From the NCBI GenBank assembly GCA_946965045.2, contig OX337237.1, positions 1,488,001 through 1,552,000 of the forward strand: a stretch of 64,000 nucleotides of DNA, given 5' to 3'. Positions 11,042-20,738 of the stretch are shown piece by piece. Both the position numbers and the translations under genes were made by a program. The notes under the pieces are model-generated. The model did no database searches, was not told where the DNA came from, and saw only the letters and a program-made list of their open reading frames with translations. This DNA is from Epithemia pelagica. Its lineage: Eukaryota; Protista; Bacillariophyta. Within the stretch, counting starts at the first letter, position 1; each line of letters begins with the position of its first letter.

Positions 11042-13077
11042 ATGAAGAAACCTGGAAGGAGGATCCCCTCCCTTCCAACTATCACCACGGTGTTGCTACG
11101 TCGCGTGGCCATGGGGGCAACCATGATACTTGCATCTAGTGTTTCGAGGTACGAGGCCCGATTTGTGGAATCCTCGCAGGTCGTGGATGTCGGCAGATCC
11201 GCGGCTTTGGAAACCGAGGCGACCACCAAGCTGCATCAACAACAACAACATCATCAACAACAACAACATCAAGTGTGTGACACCTCCAACCAACAAGACT
11301 GTGCGATTGAGGATGAGGGAGCGATCGAATCCTCTTCTCCAGAGCAAACAACAAAGAATGGCAGTTCTACCACCTTGAATCATTCCACAACCAATGGCAA
11401 TCCACAGCAAGAGGATATCCAGCAACAACATCAACAACAACAACAACAAGTGTTGGAACAAGACGAACCATTGTACTACTCGGACGTGGATGATCACGTA
11501 GAGGAAGAGTACGAAGAAGAAGAAGATTTTTATGAAGAACCAGACTACGAAGAGGAAGAAGAAGAAATGGATCGCAGCAAGCCGGCTGGTGTCGAGTTTG
11601 GTGTGCCGCAATTAATGGACCAATCCTATGTGGATCAAGCCGCTGTGTGGGCCAGATTGACCGAAACACAAACCTATATGCAAGACTTTATCAACCATCA
11701 CGATCGGTTTGTACGAGTGCGAGGCACTTGTTGGAATCAACAAGACATGTGTACCGTGTGGGCCGCGGTCGGCGAATGTGAGGCCAATCCAGACTATATG
11801 CAGCAACAGTGTGCCCCAGCCTGTCACGCCTGTCGGAGACCACCCACGGGGCCCGGTGTCGAATTTGGAGTACCCCAAATTTTGGACTATGCACCGGGTG
11901 GTGTGCCCAGTCCCAACCGATTGGTGCTGCAAGAGGCCTTGGCAGAAACGACCCGGTATATGCAGGACGACATTTGGACCAATTCCTTTTATCAACCCGT
12001 GTGGAAGACTTGTTTCAATCACGAGGACATGTGTACGGTGTGGGCTGCCACGGGTGAATGCGAGAGCAATGCCGCCTACATGAACGAGCAGTGTGCCCCC
12101 GCCTGTGCCTCGTGTCAACACTTGCATTACGATACCCGATGTGCCGCCAATCCCAACGATCCAGTCGTGTGGAAACCAGGAGATGTCAATCGCATGTTTG
12201 AACGAATCGTTAGCAGTACACCACACGACGAATGGATGCAAAGTATTCTCACTGCAGCAGCAGCAAAGGGAGGAGGCAACAACCACACCAACGAAGCACC
12301 CGAGGTATTGGTACTGTCGCGACCAGACTATTTGCCAGGGGACGACGAGACCACGGCCGACTACAAGGTGGGACCATGGATTGTGGCCATTGACAATTTT
12401 GTGACATTCGACGAGGTCAAGCAATTGATTTTGCAAGGGAAAAAAGAGGGATACAAGGTGAGCGAGGCCGTGGGAGAAGTTGATGAAGAAACGGGAGAGT
12501 ATGAAGATATTGTCACAGAGGACCGAACATCGACCAATGCCTGGTGCGAAGAATCCTGCGAAGCCGATCCCATGGTTCACAATGTCTTGGAACGAATTGA
12601 AGCATTAACAGGAATCCCTCGAGAAAACTCGGAATCCCTCCAATTACTTCGCTGTAAGATTTTATGGGTGTCACGCGCGTTGAATGGTCCGTCTCAATTG
12701 GTCCACTCAATTTCGTTTTTGCGTTTCTTGATTTCTTTTACGTAGACGAAATCGGTCAATTCTACTTGACACATCATGATTATATTGATCATGAATATAC
12801 CAATGTCCAAGGTCCTCGCATACTCACTGTATTCATGTATTTAAGTGACGTTGAAGAGGGCGGCGAAACACGGTTTGATTACTTTGGCGACGACTTGCAG
12901 GTCCGACCCAAACGGGGTCGTGTCGTCCTGTGGCCCAGTGTCTTGGACGAAGATCCCTTGGAAATTGATGAGCGGACAGAACATGAGGCCATGCCAGTCC
13001 TAAAAGGACGCAAATATGCCGCCAATGCCTGGCTTCATTTGCGTAGTTATCAAAAGGCTCTGGAACTAGGATGTTGA
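11042..13077 (+). CDS. Prolyl 4-hydroxylase with two ShK domains, tandem paralog; 2 exons (11042-12653, 12746-13077)
   Basis: Phase-1 GT-AG intron 12654-12745 at the same codon as in the paralog, giving LLR-Y-EIGQFYLTHHDY. Also RILTVFMYL, HEAMPV, GRKYAANAWLH; poly-Q and acidic N-terminal tracts. Confidence 0.92.
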
Positions 13078-13315
13078 TCACAACAAACCTCAATTGACAG
13101 CGCACGAGTGCATGCTTGGCAAGTTGCTGCAAAAAGTTAACAATTCTACAAGCATGTTTGATGAGATACTCTTGGAGAATCATCAATTGTCGAATCGGAA
13201 AGTATCTTAATGTAAATATATCTAATCATGTAAACTACCACGTAGCATCATCTCGCTTCATCCCCTGTCGTGCGGTTGCGCAGCATTACGCGAAAGTAAA
13301 CTTGGCGTCGACAAG

Positions 13316-15496
13316 TCAAAACCCAACCTTCAAAGCTGCCGCAATCAAGTCGTTCTTGGTTGCGCCCTTTCCAATTCCTTTTGGTGCAATGCCCGTCTGC
13401 TGGCTCTTCAACTCGACAAGTTGCCAGAGTTGAAATCGCGTAAAGGATGCCAACACTTTGGAATAACTGTTGTACACTCGAGCGACACGAGTCGCTTTGG
13501 ATGCATTAGACAAATCGTCAGGTCCTGCTATGGTGGGATCCAGACCAACAATGAGGTCTTTCAACTCTTGCATGGTCAGCTTGCAATAGCTCTCGGGGTA
13601 TCCCAAGTTTGGGTTATGCCGAACAGGCGACATGCACTTTCGTCGCATTTCGTCTGTGATTCTTCCCATTTTGCTGGGTTGAAAGGTCTCATGAAAGTCC
13701 ATTAGATTCTCAAAAACAGTTAGGGTCGCCGAGCAACGACAAGCCGGATCGATGGAAGAAATGACAGGACTCATGACCACGGACGGAGGCCGACTGGGAA
13801 TCAAGTCAGGCTTTGGAGAAACACCAACTGACGGAGGTTGACTGGGAATAGAGTCGGGCTCTGGAGTCATGCCAACAAAAGGCGCAGATGTGGAAGTCCG
13901 CTTCCGAAATAGTCCCAGCAATAGCCAAGAAGCAGCAAGTAACATCGTGACTCCGAGGCACACCATGCTCGTATTGTCCATGTTACCAATGTTCATGACT
14001 TCCCATGCAAGGCTCAATGGATGGTGTGCGATGGGCTCCGGTGATTCTGTATGGTGCAATGAATCAATGTTGAGATCTTCCTGATGTTCTGGTAAAACCC
14101 CTGGCATTGGCATGTCGTGAAGGACCAGATCATGGTCCTGGGCGACCGTAAAATCAGCAGTGTCGTTTACAGTGATCAAAATTGAGTCGACTTCTTCCAC
14201 ATATTCTGCGACATTATCAAGAGACATTTCCCAAAATGGAATCCAATCAAAACCCATATCCTCCGCTCCTTTCTCCATGTCCAGGCCAAGTGACTCAACT
14301 GTCTCATGGGAAGAAAAGGGATTTGCCTTCATTGACTTATCGAGCGTTGCACGTGCGACCGATGCTAAACCTTCACTGTCACCGGGGGCAGTGCCGTTCA
14401 GGTCACCAAACACAGTCTCTTCGATTAATTGAACGACATGAACACCAGAAAATTCTTCACCTTGAAAGCGAGTCCACGTCAAAGACCTCCACAGTAAGGG
14501 CATTGCCACCACAAAAGAGAACAGGATCGTCAACCAGACGTTGGCTTTGGGAAATACGCGAACCGGATGACTCTCATTATTGCCATTCGGAGAATGTCCG
14601 TCTGTTCCTGTGACAAGTCCTACCTGGTCTGGTCCGTCGACACCATGTTCTGGTGCAACTTCCTGGTGGTTTCCTCCATGTATCTCTGCGGAGGCGGTTT
14701 CTTCCAACTGGCGTAACAAAGCCGTGGCATGGATACGTACTTCTGCGTGAAAGTTGTCGTCCAGGTGAATTGTTTCCTCGCTTGCCTGCCGTCCAAGACT
14801 TTCGACGACGTCGTCGATCAAAAATGGAGACTCGTCATCTTCTGCTTCTCCATCATCAATTAAGGAATTCCCGTGGAGGTCAAACTCTTCACTGTCATGA
14901 GCGACAACATGGTCTCCATGAACTTTGTCCAGGGATTGAGACGATTCCCTGTGGGTACTCGAGTTGTACGTGTCACTGAACAATGTCAAGGGACAAAGTG
15001 GTGGCTCTTGAGTGGTTTCCATTTCAGCGGAATCCACTGTCATGTTATCCGAGACAGACGGAAGAATCTCAACTCCTGCTGCCGACGACGACGTTGTTCC
15101 GGCGGAACCCTCGCTCTCGCCACCACCACCCCGCAGATTCGCAAGAATCGTTTCGTCGACATCTTGTGGATCAAAGGAAAGCGATGAGGCAGGCTCATCA
15201 GATGATGCTCCTTCCGATTCTTCTTGCCTATCGCCATCGAGATCCGGATACAACGCCTCTTGTACCGTTTCTGTCCTTGAATTGCTCATTCGAACATTAT
15301 CGTAAGTGAGTGGTCGATCCATGACATTTCCTGATGTCGAGAAGTGCGACTCGTGGATGGAGACTGATCCTTGCATCAACAGTGACGATGATGTACCATG
15401 GCCCGCGGGAGGATCCATCAGAGGACTTGTATCGCGTTGTTGAGGGTGAGGATGTCGACGAGAATCGGAAGCATTGACGGTTGCCTGGGGATTCAT
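13316..15496 (-). CDS. Uncharacterised two-TM membrane protein with acidic N-terminus and conserved C-terminal helical (HeH/SAP/LEM-like) domain; paralog of 20739-22685
   Basis: Long ORF; TMs VWLTILFSFVVAMPLLW and MVCLGVTMLLAASWLLLGLF; shares GFDWIPFWE, FHxTFQPSxxGR and YPESYCKLTMQEL...VGF with the paralog. First ATG at 15496. Confidence 0.75.
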   Translation of the reverse strand: MNPQATVNASDSRRHPHPQQRDTSPLMDPPAGHGTSSSLLMQGSVSIHESHFSTSGNVMDRPLTYDNVRMSNSRTETVQEALYPDLDGDRQEESEGASSDEPASSLSFDPQDVDETILANLRGGGGESEGSAGTTSSSAAGVEILPSVSDNMTVDSAEMETTQEPPLCPLTLFSDTYNSSTHRESSQSLDKVHGDHVVAHDSEEFDLHGNSLIDDGEAEDDESPFLIDDVVESLGRQASEETIHLDDNFHAEVRIHATALLRQLEETASAEIHGGNHQEVAPEHGVDGPDQVGLVTGTDGHSPNGNNESHPVRVFPKANVWLTILFSFVVAMPLLWRSLTWTRFQGEEFSGVHVVQLIEETVFGDLNGTAPGDSEGLASVARATLDKSMKANPFSSHETVESLGLDMEKGAEDMGFDWIPFWEMSLDNVAEYVEEVDSILITVNDTADFTVAQDHDLVLHDMPMPGVLPEHQEDLNIDSLHHTESPEPIAHHPLSLAWEVMNIGNMDNTSMVCLGVTMLLAASWLLLGLFRKRTSTSAPFVGMTPEPDSIPSQPPSVGVSPKPDLIPSRPPSVVMSPVISSIDPACRCSATLTVFENLMDFHETFQPSKMGRITDEMRRKCMSPVRHNPNLGYPESYCKLTMQELKDLIVGLDPTIAGPDDLSNASKATRVARVYNSYSKVLASFTRFQLWQLVELKSQQTGIAPKGIGKGATKNDLIAAALKVGF
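13770..13866 (-). repeat. Imperfect 48-bp (16-aa) coding tandem repeat, PEPDSIPSQPPSVGVS / PKPDLIPSRPPSVVMS
   Basis: Seen in DNA and protein; end coordinates approximate. Confidence 0.75.
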
Positions 15497-16437
15497 CGTG
15501 TTGTGAGTGTTGTTTGTCTTGACCGCAAGACGTTCAATCAACAACAAGTGAACCAACTGAATGAGACTATCAAAGAGAGGATATCAGTGTCTCTCTCTAT
15601 CGGTCTTTGTGCTGACAAGAGATGAGGGTGATAAGTTGGTGTTCGGATAGTTTTGAGAATCGCAACGTTTCGGACTTGTCGACTTCGCTGGTAGAGTACC
15701 TTCCCTTAAGGTGGAGTTTTTGTACGATTGCGACGCCTGCTGTTGGTTTCCTTGACTCTGAAACGATCTCAGTTACGAAGGAATCTTGCCGTTTCGATAT
15801 TCTCGTTGTTGGTCGGCTGTTTGTTGGATGTCTCTCTCATTCGTTTGTGTCGTGGATCTGATGGCGAGGACGTTTGTATGTGCGCGGGCTCGCCAAAAAT
15901 ATTCACTCGTAAACTTGCTTCCGACGCGACGCAGATCGATCGCGGGTCATTTTTCACGTGTGATGGCCAGTGCCAGGGTCCATCCAAACGGAGAGTATGA
16001 GATAAGAACTACGGACGATCGAAAGAAAGGTATCTAGTTCTTATGGATGCCAACGATTGAATGGTCTCGACTTTGTTCGCTAAGGAACTTGTTGCTGCTA
16101 TTGCTTTCGGGTGAGGGTATGCGCACTACATATCATGTCGCGTTTACGAGCATGAAGGACTGGCTCCTTTCTCCACATTCGTCATTGATGATAAGGTTAC
16201 CATGAGACATGAGACATGATATTGGAGAAGCAGCGATTTTCTCCAACAAATACAACCACAAAGCGCACCATGGGGTGGTCCATGTCCATGGGTCACAGGT
16301 CATGCATGATCACATTTGCACTCCTCGGCGGGATGTAGGACGTAAGATCGGTGTTTGCCATAACAGTCTTATACGGCATGCGTTATCGGTAGTTGTGGTA
16401 CGTTTTCTCTGTGTTATATGAGAACAGTTGAAGATCT

Positions 16438-19400
16438 ATGTCGCATCAGCCACTCGCACAACGCGAACAGCGAACAGCGAACAATCATACATCCCAGTCA
16501 GTTGCCGACAGCCGACCACGTAGGTGTACTGTGACAGGCCCCCGACACCCAATTCCAACTTCCAACAACAACCTTCCACCTTCCACCGCCCCTACCCCTA
16601 CCGCATCAGGAGAAAAGAATGAGCACCTCCCAATTCCCAATATGTCCTCTAATTCTAATCGGCACTGCAACTTGGACAACGGAACAACGAAGCACTCAAC
16701 AAGACAAACGGAGGAGCAGCGGACAAATAATAGAAAATGGCCTCTCATGGCAAACGTACCACCACCAGCAAGTCATCACCATGAGCGAACGCCACCGTCG
16801 TCGTTGGCTCTTTCGGGTCTCGGTGTTCCGGTCGTAGCTGTGGATCGAGAACATTGTATCATCGAATGGAACCACAAGCTCCAAGACCTCACGGGGTATG
16901 ATTTGGATCAGGTGAAGGGCCTTGCGATTGAATCGCTCTGCCTGGAAAATTGCCATGAGAGTTTGTCCAATGTTTGGAACGAGGGCTTTCAACGTCCGAG
17001 CGAATGTACAATGGTGCTTCAATCCAGTGGTGGTACCTTACTTTGCTTTACAGCGAGAACCGTTCCTCATTCATTGGACAGAACTGATGGGGACAGTGCC
17101 GAAGCAGTGGTTTTTCTTTTGGAAACCAATCCTCAAGTGCTGAAGGGCTTTTCGTTGTCGTCGTCGAGCAGCAAAAAATGGGAAGAAACAGCATCCTTGG
17201 CAAGACGGGTTGGACTTCCAATGGTTGCCTTTGATCACACTGGCTGCATCCGAGTCTGGAACCGACCTGCGGCAGATTGTTTTGGCTACGATGCATCGGA
17301 AGCACGTGGAGAAAACATTTATGAATACAAGTTACTGGATAGTGGTCGACAACACACCTTCAAGGAGATTGTCGAGAAGCGTTGTTCCTGCCGTGTACTA
17401 CGCTCGAGTGGTTTGCAGCAACTGGAGGTACACACAAAATCGGGTCAGACCAAAACAGTCCTGGCCAACCTCATTACTCTTGATGACGAGTCCGTCTCCA
17501 GCGAACCATCGTTTGGGACACTCGTGGTCACTGTTGAAACCTTGGAGTCGACGGTCGCGGTCGACAATCGAACTGGAGCGGGGATGCCACTGGAGCTGGG
17601 CGACCTGCTGAATACCTTGAATGCACCCATTTTTGGATTGGATTCTCATGGGAAGGTGAATGAATGGAACGAGAAAATGGGTGAAATCACTGGATACGGC
17701 CGAGAGGAAGTCATCCATTCCCCCTTTCTGGAGACGGTCATCCCACAAGAGAAACGAGAAAAGGTCAGGGATATGCTACAGTCGGTCGCCGCTGGTGTGC
17801 CACTCTCTAATCTTGATATCATGATCCAGACAAAAAGTGACGAGAGGAGAACCTTGCAGGTCAATGTCTCTCCGGTTCGTGATTCTGATGGTGTAGGGTT
17901 TGTGGTTTTGGCGCAGGACGTTACGGAAGCATTCCTGCAGGAGAAGGCTGTCCGGGCGATGGCGCGAGAGTTGAGGCTCTTGATTGATAGCGCAAATGCT
18001 CCCATTTTCGGAATTGATTGTATGGGTGACGTGAATGAATGGAACCAAAAGATGGCAGAACTAACTGGATATTCACAAGATGAAGCAATGGGACGTCACC
18101 TTGTCACAACGTTTATCGATGAACGGGTGCAAGACTCTGCGCAACACGTCCTGGACAAGGCACTTACGGGAAAGGGAACCTCCCATTTCGAAATGGAAAT
18201 ACGGACGATATCCAACAATGTTCGCCATTTTCTAGTCAACGTGAACACGCGACGAGATGCCGACAATGTCGTCGTTGGTGCAGTCTTACTCGCTCAAGAC
18301 GTTACAGAAGCGGTCCACAGGGATCGCGCGGTGGCTGCCATGGCGCTGGAATTACGACAATTGATTGACACCGCAAACGCTCCAATATTTGGCATTGACA
18401 TTGATGGAAATGTAAACGAGTGGAACAAGTGTTCACAAGGAATCACTGGATTCTCCAAAGAAGAAGCATTCGACGAACCCCTTGTGGAGAAATTTATTGC
18501 GCCTTCCATGCGTCAAAAGGTTCACGAAATCTTGGATGCAGCCTTGCATGGTAATGAGACATCAAATTACGAGCTTGAGTTTGTTTCCAAGTCCGGGGAA
18601 CCTCGATTTTTGCTTGTGAATGCGACGACAAGGAGAGACCCTGAATTCAACATTGTTGGTGTTGTTGGCGTTGCTCAGGATGTGACCGAGCATAAGAAAC
18701 ATGCAGCAGAACTCCGAAAGATGCAGCTGCTCCAAGCAAAACAGGAAGCAAGTGTTGAAACAGAGAGAAACATGACTGCATACTTTGCGCATGAATTGCG
18801 TAATCCACTGGGTGCCATTGACAGTGCCCTCAATGCCATGCCTGAAGAATTGCCAGAAGCCGCGAAATCACTTGTTGATGGTATGCAACTTTGTAGTAGA
18901 TTTATGTCATCGATTATGAACAATCTGTTGGATGTGAGAAAGATGGAAGAAGGCAAGATGAAACTCAGCAATAGTCCGTTGTCGCTGACTGGCCTCTTGC
19001 GACGTGTTCACACGATGCTGTTGCCTTCTGTCAAGACAGGTGTAGAGTTTGAATATGCCTCTTTCACGGAAGGAAACGACTGGGTGATGGGTGATGAACA
19101 TCGAATACAGCAGATTTTGACAAACGTGGTTACAAATGCAATCAAGTATACATTGAAAGGGTTGGTACGACTCTCTATCAGCTGGAGCAAACAAGCTGTC
19201 AAGTTTGAATGCACCGATACAGGCCCTGGAATTCCCAAAAGTGAGCAGAAGAAACTGTTTCAACGATTTGTGCAAAGGGGAGGAGCGCCTGGGACGGGTC
19301 TGGGACTCGCCATTTCCAAACACCTCGTGACACTCATGTCCGGCGAAATTGCCTTCATCAGTGATCCGTCGGTACAACCAGGAACGACTTGCATTGTTCG

Positions 19401-19887
19401 AATCCCACTGAATCTCTGTGAAGCCCCAGAAAACGCCAACATTAATGGGAAAATCCAAGATCCTCGAAAAACATCAATGCTACCTCAACTTGTACGATTT
19501 CTAATCATTGATGATGTCGAGATGAATAGGAAAATGCTGGGACGTCGCATACAAAGAAGTATTGCTCCAAATTGCACAATCGAAGAGGCAATCAATGGTG
19601 AGGAAGCCCTCACCATATGTGGAGACAGGAAATTTGACGCTATCATTGTCGATCAATACATGGAGGAGGCAGGGGGTGTTATGGTTGGTACAGATGTCGT
19701 ATTCGCTATGAGGAGAATGCGGGTGGACTCAATCATCATCGGTTGTTCAGGAAATGATTTGAATAGGGAGTTCATTGAAGCGGGAGCTGACTGGGTCTGG
19801 CAGAAGCCTCTTCCAACCAATGAAACCATAATATCTCATCTTCGGGCGCTTCTCAAATCTCTTAACGACCGTAGGCGAGAAGAGTGA
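16438..19887 (+). CDS. Cytosolic hybrid sensor histidine kinase: 5 PAS/PAC + HisKA + HATPase_c + receiver
   Basis: Five PAS starts (e.g. ANAPIFGIDxxGxVNEWN); H-box YFAHELRNPL; N-box QILTNVVTNAIKY; DTGPGIP; GTGLGL; receiver FLIIDD...IVDQYM...QKP. No TM segments seen. Confidence 0.93.
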   Translation: MSHQPLAQREQRTANNHTSQSVADSRPRRCTVTGPRHPIPTSNNNLPPSTAPTPTASGEKNEHLPIPNMSSNSNRHCNLDNGTTKHSTRQTEEQRTNNRKWPLMANVPPPASHHHERTPPSSLALSGLGVPVVAVDREHCIIEWNHKLQDLTGYDLDQVKGLAIESLCLENCHESLSNVWNEGFQRPSECTMVLQSSGGTLLCFTARTVPHSLDRTDGDSAEAVVFLLETNPQVLKGFSLSSSSSKKWEETASLARRVGLPMVAFDHTGCIRVWNRPAADCFGYDASEARGENIYEYKLLDSGRQHTFKEIVEKRCSCRVLRSSGLQQLEVHTKSGQTKTVLANLITLDDESVSSEPSFGTLVVTVETLESTVAVDNRTGAGMPLELGDLLNTLNAPIFGLDSHGKVNEWNEKMGEITGYGREEVIHSPFLETVIPQEKREKVRDMLQSVAAGVPLSNLDIMIQTKSDERRTLQVNVSPVRDSDGVGFVVLAQDVTEAFLQEKAVRAMARELRLLIDSANAPIFGIDCMGDVNEWNQKMAELTGYSQDEAMGRHLVTTFIDERVQDSAQHVLDKALTGKGTSHFEMEIRTISNNVRHFLVNVNTRRDADNVVVGAVLLAQDVTEAVHRDRAVAAMALELRQLIDTANAPIFGIDIDGNVNEWNKCSQGITGFSKEEAFDEPLVEKFIAPSMRQKVHEILDAALHGNETSNYELEFVSKSGEPRFLLVNATTRRDPEFNIVGVVGVAQDVTEHKKHAAELRKMQLLQAKQEASVETERNMTAYFAHELRNPLGAIDSALNAMPEELPEAAKSLVDGMQLCSRFMSSIMNNLLDVRKMEEGKMKLSNSPLSLTGLLRRVHTMLLPSVKTGVEFEYASFTEGNDWVMGDEHRIQQILTNVVTNAIKYTLKGLVRLSISWSKQAVKFECTDTGPGIPKSEQKKLFQRFVQRGGAPGTGLGLAISKHLVTLMSGEIAFISDPSVQPGTTCIVRIPLNLCEAPENANINGKIQDPRKTSMLPQLVRFLIIDDVEMNRKMLGRRIQRSIAPNCTIEEAINGEEALTICGDRKFDAIIVDQYMEEAGGVMVGTDVVFAMRRMRVDSIIIGCSGNDLNREFIEAGADWVWQKPLPTNETIISHLRALLKSLNDRRREE

Positions 19888-20738
19888 GAGGACAGATGAG
19901 TTCCTTCGGTGAAGGAAAGGCACGACACGGAGGGCAATTCTGAGTCCTCAGGATGGAGCGAATATCGCTCTCCTGGATAGTCTTGACGGCTGTGTGATCG
20001 ACATATCCGATAAAATGCTCGAACATATCGCGATGAAGTTGTTGTCGGAAGGAAATCGCTACCTGGAAGGTATGTGACGTTGGAACAGCCAATTGGCTGT
20101 CGTTTTCAACGATTAAGAGCGGCATCAAGACAACCTACACCCTTCACGAGAACTTCAAGCAACCCGCGTACATCCTTGCATCATCAAGCATGTTATTTCC
20201 TGGTGCTGATTGATTTTGTGTTCTCATGTGCAGACGCAAAAACAAACGTTGCTGGTCGATCCACTTGGGCCTCCACCCATCCTCTGATGGTGAAGGCCTC
20301 TACGACGTCAGGAGAAACCACAGGGCTACCAAAGACGACCTGATGCTTGAGATCTGCAATCAGCAGCATCTCTCCAATGGCGCATTGGCCCGCACCTATC
20401 TTCGAAGACAACGGAAGAGCTTTTGGAGGGTGCACTCGATGATTATCTTTACTTCTCAAAGATTTGGTCCCTTCCGGTAAACTTCGAGCAATGTGGAACA
20501 GCTCAAAGATTTCTGTGCGTCGCCCCTAGGATTCGTGGCAATGGCTCTCTAATAATTATATATGTACACTGTTGGCAACGTGCTGCTACATAGACACGGT
20601 GTTGCCCTGCGCCTCTTCTGCGAGTGACTCTAATACAGCAATTATGAGAAGGAAGCGAACGGTTTCGCTCAGCAGCAGCAGCAGCAGCACCAAAATGCGA
20701 GCTCCGAAGGAAGAATTGCAACCGCGGCGCACGAGTCC

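Noticed and set aside
19862-20480. Several short ORFs between the kinase and the two-TM gene
   Set aside because: No consistent frame or motif on either strand.
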